Part shown: positions 13,061 to 24,802 of the stretch, one piece after another
Position numbering within the stretch: position 1 is the first letter of the stretch
Layout of the letters: each line of letters opens with the position of its first letter
Origin: Leucoraja erinacea
Lineage: Eukaryota
Assembly (NCBI RefSeq): GCF_028641065.1
Contig: NC_073379.1
Coordinates: 14,508,001 to 14,572,000 of the forward strand
Direction: 5' to 3'
Length of the DNA stretch: 64,000 bases
Notes under the pieces: model-generated
What the model was told of the DNA's origin: nothing
The model's database searches: none
What the model saw: the letters and a program-made list of their open reading frames with translations, nothing else
Translations under genes and position numbers: made by a program

Positions 13061-13540
13061 AAAGCTTATGGCGTCAGCATTGGGGAGAGAGAAAAAAAAT
13101 TTAAAGGCCACTTGACAAGTTTTTTTAAGAGAGGATGGTGGGATATGGAATGACTTGCCAAAGGAAGTGGTTTCGGCAGGTACATTAGTTGCTGAAAATA
13201 CTTTGGGTAGATTCCTGGATAGGAAATTAGGTATTGGCCAAATGGAGATAAATGGGTCTAGCTCAGGAAGGCACCTTGGTTGGCACGGATTAGTCTGATC
13301 CGATTTGTGATTTCATAGTATATTGAGAGGAAGACAAGAGTTAACAATTAGGAAAGCATTTTAACTTATTTTGTCTCCATGGCAGTAAGATGGAAAATTA
13401 AGGAAGTAAAGGAGGATGTGCAGCTCTCTTATTTCTTAAACCTTTGTGGAAAGTTATTACAACGGTTCCCCATGTTACATGAATGATTACACTCACATGT
13501 TCCCTGTTGGCTGCAGAATTCTACATGGCGTCTACATTAT

Positions 13541-14228
13541 ATATAACAATTACAGCACAGAAACAGGCCATCTCGGCCCTTCTAGTCCGTGCCGAACACT
13601 TATTCTCCCCTAGTCCCATCTACCTGCACTCAGACCATAACCCTCCATTCCTTTCCCGTCCATATACCTATCCAATTTATTTTTAAATGATAAAATCGAA
13701 CCTACCTCCACCAGTTCCACTGGGAGCTCATTCCACACAGCTACCACTCTCCGAGTAAAGAGGTTCCCCCTCATGTTACCCCTAAACTTCTGTCCCTTAA
13801 TTCTCAAATCATGTCCTGTTTGAATCTTCCCTACTCTCAATGGAAAAAGCTTATCCACGTCAACTCTGTCTATCCCTCTCATCATTTTAAAGACCTCTAT
13901 CAAGTCCCCCCTTAACCTTCTGCGCTCCAAAGAATAAAGACCTAACTTGTTCAACCTTTCTCTGTAACTTAGTCGCTGAAACCCAGGCAACATTCTAGTA
14001 AATCTCCTCTGTACTCTCTATTTTGTTGACATCTTTCCTATATTTTGGCGACCAAAATTGTACACCATACTCCAGAATTGGCCTCACCAGTGCCTTGTAC
14101 AATTTTAACATTACATCCCAGCTTCTATACTCAATGCTCTGATTTATAAAGGCTAGCACACCAAAAGCTTTCTTTACCACCCTATCTACATGAGATTCCA
14201 CCTTCAGGGATCTATGCACAGTTATTCT
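13541..14228 (-). mobile_element. CR1-type LINE 3' fragment
   Basis: ORFs LYKALVRPILEYGVQFWSP and LGLYSLERRRLRGDLIEVFK...WNELP. Confidence 0.9.
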
Positions 14229-14390
14229 GTTTGACTGCATTCCACAATTCGCTACCATTTACCATTATGTATATAAGGTACAACATAAATGGAAGTGCTT
14301 TTCTTATTTGTTATTATTTAATTGTCCAATCTTGCAAAGTGGTATTCTGTCCCCTTCACATTGGCACACGGTTTAAATACTTCCACTTAC

Positions 14391-15038
14391 CTGTTACAAT
14401 ATTACATGTGCCTGAGGTGCATGGCTCGTGATCATTTATAGGTGGACTTTCTTCATCGGCACCTGATGCCACCTTCCTTTTGACGTGGGCCATTAACAAG
14501 AAGCAAATACCAATGAATGTCACTGCCGGGCCCATGATTTGTAAAAACAGCAGTTTGCACTTCTCGTTCTCATTAATTCTCGTTGGGAAGTTGAGTGCTT
14601 GGCCGTCCACGGTGCCAGTGCAGGTGACAGCCCAAACTCCAATCGTGGTCAGCAGCATCCCACTCAAGCAAAACAGGACACCAAAGATGAGGAAATGGGC
14701 AAAGGATGTCTGTTCGCCACAAGAGCAATAGCACCGTTGGTCAGCTGAGTATTCCAGTCGGGTCAAATTAACCAGGCTTCTCGATCTTGAAAGCAGGATG
14801 AATATCAATGCAAAGCCGCATAAACTGGGTCCAGTGGCCTTTAGGATCATGCTGCAGGAAACTCCACCACAGTCACATGCTTGTAACCCAAAGGTGGTCA
14901 TGACAATTGCAGGAGATAGAAATGAAGCAACACATACGAGTACAAAGACTCCTGTTCTGCTAGCGTTTCCAGTTCCCACTGTTATCTCCAACAATGCAAC
15001 TTCTCGGAAGTGCAGTGATGTTTTTCCTATGGCTGAAC
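14391..15038 (-). CDS. TMEM171: TMEM171 main coding exon (start codon uncertain)
   Basis: FGLQAC...ILKATGP...SRSR...CGE...FAHFLIFGVLF.LSGML...FLQIMGP...AHVKRK matches TMEM171. Acceptor ttcacag|G at 15038, donor ACAG|GTAAGT at 14391. Lies between FCHO2 and TMEM174 as expected. Confidence 0.9.
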
Positions 15039-15154
15039 CTGTGAAGATAATTACCGTGCATTTCATTTAGCACCGTAGAGTCATACAGCACAAAAAACAG
15101 GCTCTTCGGCCCAACCAAAATGCCTCATCGAGGCGAGACCAACCATATCCCCCT

Positions 15155-15570
15155 CTTCTTAGGCTCCCTTCGGTCATGGCTGACCATGGGTGTCTCCAGG
15201 GTGCTGTTCCCTATATGGAGGACGCCTGAGCATGCCTTTGCTTAACATGGGGAGACTGGTGCACAGACAGCCACCCCACAGTCCTTGAAAGATCTGGGTC
15301 AGGATCCAGTGGCATGGAGTCCCAGACGACCGGAGACCCTTTTCTGCTGCAGCCTTCATCCGCCTTCCCAGCCGTTGTGACGCTCCACTAAGGTCAGCCA
15401 TCATCCTCCGCCTGTTCCACTGTTGAGGTCTTAATTGGATTGCTCTTTGTCAGAGACCTCCCCCTCGACCTTACCGCCCTACCAGGATCATAGCTCCAGA
15501 CGACATCACTCTCAGGATCTCAGGTCCACATAAGGTTCTCCACCACGACATGGTGACAGTCCATGGAGAA
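15155..15570 (-). mobile_element. Short non-autonomous RTE-clade (Rex3/BovB-like) element nested in a CR1 tail
   Basis: 5' end GGACTGTCACCATGTCGTGGTGG...CCTGGTAGGG...CTGACAAAGAGCAATCC resembles remembered RTE 5' UTRs; AAGAAG tail; atatccc(c)tc repeated on both flanks. Confidence 0.6.
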
Positions 15571-15579
15571 GCCTCTACG

Positions 15580-16590
15580 GTATATCCCTCTACAGTATCT
15601 TTACTATCTATGCATTTGTCCAAATGTCTTTAACATATTGTTATAGTACCCGTCTCAACTACCTCCTCGTCCCATATACCCAAAAGTTGCCCCTCAGGTT
15701 CATGTTAAATCTTTCCCCTCTCACCTTAAACCTATGTCTTCAGGTTCTTGATTCCCTTACTATGGGTGAAAGACTCTGAGCATTCACCCTATCCATTCCC
15801 CTCATAATTTTATACACTTTGATAAAAATCACCCCTCAGCCTCCTGTGCTCCAAGGAAGAAAGTCCTAGCCTGCACAACCTTTCCCTATAGTTCAGGCAA
15901 CATATTCTTAAATCTGCTCTGCACTCTTTCCAGCTTAATGATATCCTTCCTACAGCAAGATATAACACAATACTCCACGTGAGGTCACATCAACATCTTG
16001 TACAAATGTAACATACGTAATATCTCAATCTTGATACTCAGTACCCTGACTGATGATGGCCAAGATGCCTAAAGCCTTCTTGACCACTCTATCCACCAGT
16101 AAAGCAACTCTCAGGTGACTGCCTATACTCTAAAGAAGGGTCTCGACCCAAAACGTCTCCTATTCCTTTTCTCCAGAGATGCTGCCTGACCCGCTGAGTT
16201 ACTCCAGCTTTTTTGCGTCTATCTACCTATAGTCCTAGATCCTTCTGCTCTACAACACTCCCCAGGATCCTACCATTCACTATGAAGGACCTGCCTTAGT
16301 CTGACTTCCCAAAATGCAACACCTCGCACTTGTAACTCCATTAGCCTTTCTTCAGCCCACTTGCCCGACTGATCAAGATCCTGCTGTCATTTTTAATATG
16401 CATCTTCGCTATCTACAATACCACCCACTTTACTGTCATCTGTAAACTTACGAATCATGCCCTATACATTCTCATTCAAATCATTAATATACACAGCAAT
16501 GGGCTCAGCATCGACCCTGGAGGCATTCTACCCCTAGTCACAGGCCTCAGATCCGAAAAACAACTCTCCATCATCATCCTCTGCTTCCTT
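15580..16590 (-). mobile_element. Old CR1-type LINE remnant with a nested hammerhead-type repeat (about 16128-16222)
   Basis: Degenerate RT and C-terminal CR1 sequence. Confidence 0.7.
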
Positions 16591-16593
16591 CTA

Positions 16594-17032
16594 TGAAACA
16601 TAGAAAATAGGTGCAGGAGTAGGCCATTCGGCCCTTCGAGCCTGCACCGCCATTCAATCCCTTTCACCACATCTAACTCCCTCTTAAATATAGCCAATTA
16701 ACTGGCCTCAACTACATTCTGTGGCAGAGAATTCCACAGATTCACCACTGTCTGTGTGAAAAATGTTTTTCTCATCTCGGTCCTAAAAGATTTATCCTTA
16801 AACTGTGACCCCTTGTCCTGGACTTCCTCAATATCGGGAACAATCTTCCTGCATCTAGCCTGTCCAACCCCTTAAGAATTTTGTAAGTTTCTATAAGATC
16901 CCCCCTCAATCTTCTAAATTCTAGCGAGTACAAGCCGAGTCTATCCAGTCTTTCTTCATATGAAAGTCCTGACATCCCAGGAATTAGTCTGGTGAACCTT
17001 CTCTGTACTCCCTCTATGGCAAGAATGTCCTT
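16594..17032 (-). mobile_element. CR1-type LINE 3' fragment
   Basis: MSGLSYEERLDRLGLYSLEFRRLRGDLIETYKIL. Confidence 0.88.
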
Positions 17033-17477
17033 CCAATGAAGCCAATTCTCTATCGGATTGGCTAGCTCAACATGAAAAATAGCAAATGCATTTCAGCATG
17101 GGCATCATTATTTGTTACCAACATGAGAATTTGTTAACATAATTAGAAAAAATGTGGAAACCCTCAGCTGGTTGACCAGGTAGTATCTGTGCAATGTCGT
17201 AGAATGACCCTTTCAAGTTAAGGGCTTCTCATCTAATCTAAGCATTGATTCTCTTTCTATGGTAGACAAAAATGGTGGAGAAACTCAGCAGGTGCGGCAG
17301 CATCTATGGAGCGAAGGAAATAGGGAACGTTTCGGGCCAAAACCCTTCTCCAGACTGATGCAGGGTGGAGGGGCGGGAAGAAGAAAGGAAGAGGAGGAGC
17401 CAGAGGGCTGAGGGAGAGCTGAGAAGGGGAGGAGACAGCAATGGCTCCTCTCTTTCAATGTTTGCACCTATTGACTG

Positions 17478-17755
17478 CACTGTGGCACAGCTGGTAGAGC
17501 AGCTGCCCCACAGCACCAGCAACCCGGGTTCAATCCTGACCTAAAGTGCTGTCTGGGGTAGAGTTATTCCTTGAGACCATTTGTGTTTCCTCCCACATCC
17601 CAGAGATGTGCAGGGTTGATGGTTAATTGGCCTCTGTAAATTGCCCCTAGTGTACAGGGAGCGCATGAGAAAGTGGAATAGAACTAGTGTGAACAGGTGA
17701 TCGATGGTCGCGTGGCCTGCTTTCATGTTATATCTCTAAACTAAACTAAAAACTA
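17478..17755 (+). mobile_element. tRNA-derived SINE
   Basis: A-box TGGCACAGCTGG, B-box GGTTCAATCC, (CTAAA)n tail. Confidence 0.8.
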
Positions 17756-18868
17756 ACTGCAATGATAATTGAAAATATTGAGTCCCAAAGTTGCAGGAAT
17801 ACAGTGACTTTGACATGGTTAAGGTATTTACTAGACAACATAATTTTAGGCTTTTTACCCAAATTTGCAAGTTCAAATCTCACTGTGGAATCCGGGTAAA
17901 ATCATGCAATTTAATCAACCTTGATTTTAAAGAAAAACTGCAATCAGAGGTGGTAAGCACACAGCTATTGTATTGTATAAAAACCTATCTGCTTCATTAA
18001 TGTCCTTTAGCAAAGAAAGCTGATGTCTTTAACCAGTGAGTCCAGACTCACTATCCTGTCAGGGGTTATGAGGGCAGGAGAATGGGGTTGAGAGGGAGAG
18101 ATAGATCAACCATGATGGATTGGCGGAGTAGACGGTGGACTGAAAGGTCTATTTCTGCTCCTATGACTTATGAACCTGACTGACTCCAGACAGTAGTTGC
18201 CAGGGTTCCGTCGACTTCCACATCCCATAAATGAATTGAAAAAATCCTTCGTCTCCCACCAAAGTTCATTTGTAATGCCCCTTGAAATTAAAGGAATAAC
18301 CCAAGTCATTTTTCGAATCCAGGAACTACAGATGCTGGTTTACAAAAAAAGACAAAGTGCTGGAGTAACTCAGGGGGTCAGGCAGCATCTCTGGAGAACA
18401 TGGATAGGTGACGCTTCGGGTCGGGACCCTTCTTCAGACAGATTGAGGGGGATGAACCTGGAAGAGAGGAGGAGCAGGACAAACCATGGCAGGTTACAGG
18501 TGAACACAGGCCGGGGGGGGGGGGGGGGGGGGGGGGTCGGATAGGTAGATAGTTGGACAAAGGCCAGAGAGGAAAAAACAGAAGGCAGAAACAAAGAGCT
18601 GAAAATACTTGTTTGTACCAAAGATAAGACACAAAGCGCTGGAGCAACTCAGCAGGTCAGGCAGCATCTCTGGAGAAAAAGGAAGAGGTGACATATCGGG
18701 TCAGGACAGAGATACTGCCTGACCTGCTGAGTTACTCCAGCACTTTGTATCTAGCATGAAAAAACGGAAGATGTGAGACAAAAGGGATTGAAGAGTTGCG
18801 CATTGTGAGGCCAGAGGAAGGAATGTAGGTGGAGGTGGGAAATAGGTGGTAGACCAAGTAGGGGAGAA

Positions 18869-18903
<35 letters not shown>

Positions 18904-19898
18904 GTTCATCAAGTGTGTGCCTTATGCGAGAGATCATACAACATTTATTTCAAGGTTTCACTTTAAGCTCCAACCAAGACCCTTGCTTAATTTGCTTAAT
19001 TGAAAACGTCTAAATCAGCAAAATATATTTGCAATTAATTACAGAAATCACCGCAATATTCTTACATAAATTACTACAAATTTTCTTACAGAAAGAACAG
19101 ATGCCAAACGATTGGCATGAGTTAATTAATTTATATATATATATGTATTCTGTGACTGTGGACAGTGATAAACAAGAACCCCCTACCTCAGCGTCTGTAG
19201 CGAATTTCGCAAAGCCCACCCCACACTTGCTGAGCGGCTGCCTCAGTTATCTGGCCTGGGTTACCTGTTCTCGCAAAACAGTTTGACAGCTGAATCGGTG
19301 CAGATTTCAATCAACAGGTACAATTTAAAAAAAGTTTTAGTCGCAAACAGCAGGACTAACAAAATGCAAAAGGTCTCACTCAAGTAATGCTTCGGCGATT
19401 GGAATCTCTCGATCTTTCCCTGGATGACCCCTGAAAGACACAACTATCTATTCATGCAATTTCCAAGGTGCCACTCAGTAACGGTGGACGCTTAAACTGT
19501 GTTGGACCCGGTGGTCGCTAGAGCGGAGGTGTTACCTTGCGGATCAGCTCTTAACTTGCACCGATAGGATGGGTCGCAGATGGCTCATGTTAAACATGTA
19601 ACTCGACGGTCAACGAAAACCTTGCAATAACAAAAACAGCGAGATCTTTAGCAGTTATTTATATCCAGCAGAACGGAGAAACCTATCCGACCCCTGTTTA
19701 CCTTATCCAGGCACTCTCAACTGGTCTTGACTGGTCAAATCTGGATCGCATCTAGATTAGATTAGTTTATTGTCAGATGCACCAGGTTGCAATGAAGTTC
19801 CTTGTCCACATGAAGTTCACGGAGTATACAGTACAGTAATATCAAATAGAACAAATACAACGAGGAGTGCAAAACAGCAGCCTGGTGCAACGTTTAGC

Positions 19899-20886
19899 AA
19901 TGTTACAACATTTTGGGATTAAAATAATCAAGTCTTTAATTTATCCCATCAGATAAAGCATAAAAAGAAGTTTAATTTGACACCTAATTCACTTTCATAT
20001 CTTCAGTATTAAAAAGGTTATGGCCATTTTCATACTCGGAAATTGGCATCTTGTTCCCTATTGCTTTTTCATTGGCTTAACACAATAGCTGAGATCGAGA
20101 ACATTTAAAAGCCGATAACTTTCTTAAAATTTAAGAGACCTGAAAGAAATTTTCAGTTAATATAGATTGAAGCATTCTGAAACAAATATGAAACAATCTT
20201 ACTTATATGACTTGAAATTAAAGCATATCATTAGTTAGTTACCTAATTGTAGCTAATTACAAAATTTAATTACTAGATCTAAACATCTATCCATTTCTTA
20301 AGAATAGATTAACATTTTTAAATAGCCTAAGTGTCCAAATAACATTCACACTAGAATTCAGAATATAACATAATTTTAAAATCTCATTGTCATGGGTTTA
20401 TAGGCCAAATGGAAGGAATTTAATGTTTAATACCTGTAAATTAATGGCCATTTAAATCAGCTTGCGAGTGGGATTTTCTGGAACGGGACCATTTGGAACA
20501 TTCAGATGCGGTGAATTTATACCCCCATATCTGCAGCAAATACATAGCCGGTTCTTCGGGGGGAAAAATCATCGTTTCGCAACTTAAAATGTGAATTAAA
20601 TACATCTTAAGAAACACTTTTATACATAAAAATAAACTACTTTCTTTTACCTGGTCCTCCATAAAATCCGTCCCAGTTGTCGGCATTGACGGCTTCAAAA
20701 GCTGGTTTGAACACTCATAACTTTTTTATTTTTCATCGATGGGAAAAATCCTCGGGGCCTGCTCAGCGGAGGAGGACTGTGAGTAAGATGGCCAAAAATC
20801 ATAGCGATATATGGTAGCCGTTTTTCTAAAATCAATATACAGCTTAGATAGGAAGTGGTCGAGATGAGACTTTTAATTATTATAGA
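19899..20886 (-). mobile_element. Helitron-like non-autonomous element, 3' end not found
   Basis: Minus-strand start A|TCTATAATAATTAAAAGTCTCATCTCG...CTTCC and subterminal sequence resemble the 5' ends at 35419 and 818. Left boundary approximate. Confidence 0.55.
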
Positions 20887-20887
20887 T

Positions 20888-21685
20888 GTCCCAGATAGGA
20901 CAATGAAATTCTTACTTGCTGCAGCACAACAGAATATGTAGTACATAACGGGAGAAAAAAAGTTCAGTGTGTATATACACACACATGCACACATACTCAA
21001 TAAATAAACAAATATAGTGCAATAATAATAAGTCTGGTGTAGTTCAGAGCTTATTTGTTGTCATGTTTAATAGCCTGATGGCTGTAGGGAAGAAGCTGTT
21101 CCTGAACCTGGACATTACAGTTTTCAGGCTCCTGTACCTCCTTCCTGATGGCAGTGGTGAAATGAGTGTGTGGCCAGGATGGTGTGGGTCTTTGATGATA
21201 TTGGCTGCCTTTTTGAGGCAGCGACTTCGATAGATCCCTTTGATGGTGGGGAGGTCAGAGGCGGCGATGAACTGAGCAGTGGTCACAACGTTTTGCAATC
21301 TTTTCCGCAACTGGGCGTTCAAGTTGCTGAACCAAGCCACAATGTAACCAGTCAGTATGCACTCTACTGTGCACCTGTAGAAGTTCAGGAAAATCCTCTT
21401 TGACATGCCGAATCTCCGTAATCTTCTCAGGAAGTAGAGGCGCTGATAATTGCAACAGTGTGCTGGGACCAGGAAAGATCTTCGTAAATATGCACGCCCA
21501 GGAATTTGAAGTTTTTGTCCCTCTCCACCATCGTCCCATTGATATAAACAGGATTGTGGGTCCTCATCCTTCCCCTTCCAAAGTGCACAATCAGTTCCTT
21601 GGTTTTACTGATGTTGAGAGCTAGGATGTTGTGCTGGCACCATTTGGTCAATCGGTCGATCTCAGTTCTAAACTCTGACTCAACA
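20888..21685 (-). mobile_element. Rex1/Babar-L2-like LINE 3' fragment
   Basis: LNISKTKELIVHF...FKFLGVHI..DLSW; HPGHTLISPLPSGRRYRSLK...FRNSFFPTAIRLLN. Confidence 0.8.
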
Positions 21686-21821
21686 CCATTCAATATGATC
21701 ATGGCTGATCATCTAAAATCAGTACCCCGTTCCTGCTTTTTCCCCATATCCCTTGATTCCTTTAGCCTTAAGAGCTAAATCTAACCCTCTCTTGAAAACA
21801 TCCAGTGAATCGGCCTTCACT

Positions 21822-22495
21822 GCCTGGAGGTGTTCGGCGAAACGATCGCCAAGCCTACGCTTGGTCTCACTGATGTAGAGCAGCTGACATCTAGAGCAGC
21901 AGATGCAATAGGTGAAGTTGGAGGAGGTGCAGATGAATCTCTGCTGCACCTGGAAAGACTGCTTGGGTCAAGGGGGGAGGTAAAGCGACAAGTGTAACAT
22001 TTCTTGCGGTTGCAAGGGAAAGTGCCCGGAGAGGGGGTGGTTCGGGAAGGAAGGGGTGAATTGGCCAGGGACTTACAAAGGGAGCAGTCTCTGCGGAAAG
22101 CAGACAAGGGAGGAGATTGGAAGATGTGGCAAGTGGTGGGATCACGTTGGAGGTGGCGAAAATATCGGAGGATTGTATGTGACGGCTGGTAGGGTGGAAG
22201 GTGAGGACAAGGATGACTCTGCCCTTGTTATGAGTGGGGGGGATGGGGAGTGAGAGCAGAGTCACGGGGTATAGAAGAGACCCTGGTGAGAGCCTTGTCT
22301 ATAGTAGAAGAGGGGAGGGGGTTCCCTAAAAAATGAGGACATCTCCGATGCCCTGGTGTGGAACACTTCACCCTGGGTGCAGATGCGGCGTAGACGGAGG
22401 AATTGGGAGTAGGGGATGAAGTCCTTACAGGTGCAGGGTGAGAAGTGCAGTCCAGATAGCCATGGGAGTCAGTGGGTTTATAGTGGATGTCGGTC
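21822..22495 (-). mobile_element. Penelope-like element fragment (linker and GIY-YIG endonuclease), frameshifted
   Basis: PGTFPCNRKKCYTC and RFICTSSNFTYCICCSRCQLLYISETKRRLGDRFAEHL. Confidence 0.85.
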
Positions 22496-22727
22496 TCACA
22501 TAGAGTTGTGTCTGTGGACTTCTCTGCCTCAGAAGGCGTTGAAGGCCGGTTTGCTGGGTACTTTCAAAAGAGAGCTAGATAGGGCTTTTAAAGATAGCGG
22601 AATCAGGGGATATGGGGAGAAGGCAGGAACGGGGTACTGATTGGGGATGATTAGCCATGATCACATTTAATGGCGGTGCTGGCTCAAAGGGCCGAATGGC
22701 CTACTACTGCACCTATTGTCTATTGTC
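22496..22727 (+). mobile_element. CR1-type LINE 3' fragment
   Basis: LWTSLPQKA...FKRELD plus 3' tail. Confidence 0.8.
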
Positions 22728-23964
22728 AAATCATTTTGTTGAACAAAACTAGAAGAAATAAAAATTACATTGGAAAAATCCTTTTACTTTTAGTATCATA
22801 TAAGAAATCAACCCCCTACAGTGAAGGAGGTGCAGAAACATACATCAAGAGAGCAGAAAATACAGCTAAGAAATACTGTGTAATTGTCAGTGTCAGAGTG
22901 ATACAGCGTGGAAACAGGCCCTTCGCCCCAACCTGCCCACACCGGCCAACATGTCCCAGCTACACCAGTATGTCCTATCCATGTACCCATGTACCTGTCT
23001 GTTTCTTAAATGTTGGGATAGTCCCCTGCCTCCACTACCTCCCCTGGCAGCTTGTTCCATACACCCACCACCCACTCAGTGAAAAAGCTACCCCTCGGAT
23101 TCCTACTAAATCTTTTCCCCTTCACCTTGAACTTATGTCCTCGTGCTCAATTCGCCAACTCTGGGCAAGAGTGTACATCCACCCAATCTATTCCTCTCTT
23201 GATTTTGTATATTCCTCTCATTTTCTGGAATGTCAGTGTTTCTGCTTTCACAGCCATGTCAGATTCAGATTCAATTTAAATTGTCATTGTCATCAGTCAG
23301 AGACATTTTAGCTGGAAACGATTTTGAATTAAAAAAAATATTATAAATAATAAGTGCTTTCACAGCCAAGGTACATGTAGAGTGCCAGCAGAAGCTGTTC
23401 CTCGATCTTGGGCAACGGAGAGACCTGTAGCGCCTCCCGGATGGTAAAGCTCCATGTGTTGTGGAGCACTTATGCTGGCCAATTACAGCGTTGCTTTGGA
23501 TTTGGGAACAGAAAGCCCTCTGCAATGCCTTCCGGTCGGAAACAGAGCAGTTGCCATACCATACTGTGATGATACCATACTGTGATGCCTGCAGTATATC
23601 CTGGTTGGTTTCCAAAGCTGTGAGTGGGACTTATTCTGGCCAATTACGTCAGGATTTGAACAGAAAGCACTGCCACAGAGCAGGGATCAGGCATATGTTG
23701 GAGCCAGCGTGCTGCAGCAAGCTTAGGTCGGGAGATTCATAAGGGTATAATCTTTTCCAGTGTGTCAGCTACTAATGTGGCAGATTATTGCAATTTTTTG
23801 GGGCATTACCCAATTTATATTGTGACTTGAACTGTAGGAAACTAAATTCAACTTTGATTAAAAATGCAATAGTTTGTATGAAAGTTTCACATAGTCTCAT
23901 AAAGTCAATTGTAAATGAGAGATAACAAGAGTGAATACAGATTCAAGTTAGTTAGTAGTGCCAG

Positions 23965-24242
23965 CGGAACAGTGGTATAGCGGTAGAGTCGCTGCCTTGC
24001 AGCGCCAGAGACCCGGGCTCGATCACGACTGCAGGTGCTGTCTGTACGGAGTTTTCACGTTCTCTCCCTGAACGCGTGGGTATTCTGCGGGTGCTCCGGT
24101 TTCTTCCAACACTCCAAAGATGTACAGGTTAGTAGTTGACCTGTAAATTATAAATTACCCCAAGTGTGTAGGATAGTGCTAGTGTATGGGTGATCGCTGG
24201 TTGGTGCGATCTCGGTGGACTGGAAGGAAGCCTGTTTCCACG
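23965..24242 (+). mobile_element. tRNA-derived SINE
   Basis: A/B-box head and shared core sequence. Confidence 0.8.
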
Positions 24243-24487
24243 GTGGATGGAAGGAAAAAAAAAAGTAGTTATGTACTGATTGGTGATGACGTGTCAATGT
24301 CAGTTTCTGGGGCAAGAGTCACATTTCCTAAAGGTGACAGTGTCAGAAAATAAACATCTTCCAATTCCCAGTATATACAGAGGCAGAAATACAAGGGAGG
24401 GAAAAACGAGTGATTAAGTGACAAAAAGGGATAGTAGATATTGGCTGACCGTAACAAAATGAAAATGCAGAAGTTGATAGAAGAAAA

Positions 24488-24802
24488 GTTTAGTTTAGCT
24501 TAGAGATACAGCGCGGAAGCAGGCCCTTTGGCCCACCGGGTCCGTGCCGACCAGCGATCCACGCACATTAACGCTATCCTACACACACTAGGGACAATGT
24601 TTACATTTACCAAGCCAATTACCCTACAAAACTTATACGTCTTTGCAGTGTGGGAGGAAACCGAAGATCTTGGAGAAAACCCACGCGTTCACGGGGAGAA
24701 AATACAGACTCCGTACAGACAGCACCCATAGTCAGGATCAAACCCGGGTCACCGGCGCTGCAAATGCTGTAAAGCAGCAACTTTACCGTTGTGCCACCGT
24801 GC
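24488..24802 (-). mobile_element. tRNA-derived SINE, full length
   Basis: Complete head, core and (CTAAA)n tail; inverted relative to the 23965 copy. Confidence 0.85.

Noticed and set aside
17478-17545. tRNA-like A/B boxes
   Set aside because: SINE heads, not tRNA genes; no cloverleaf and followed by SINE core and tail.
18513-18902. Two long poly-G runs
   Set aside because: Simple homopolymers in Penelope-derived spacers; lengths unreliable in an assembly.
22670-23311. 213-aa ORF
   Set aside because: Runs across CR1 tails in both orientations; no coherent protein.
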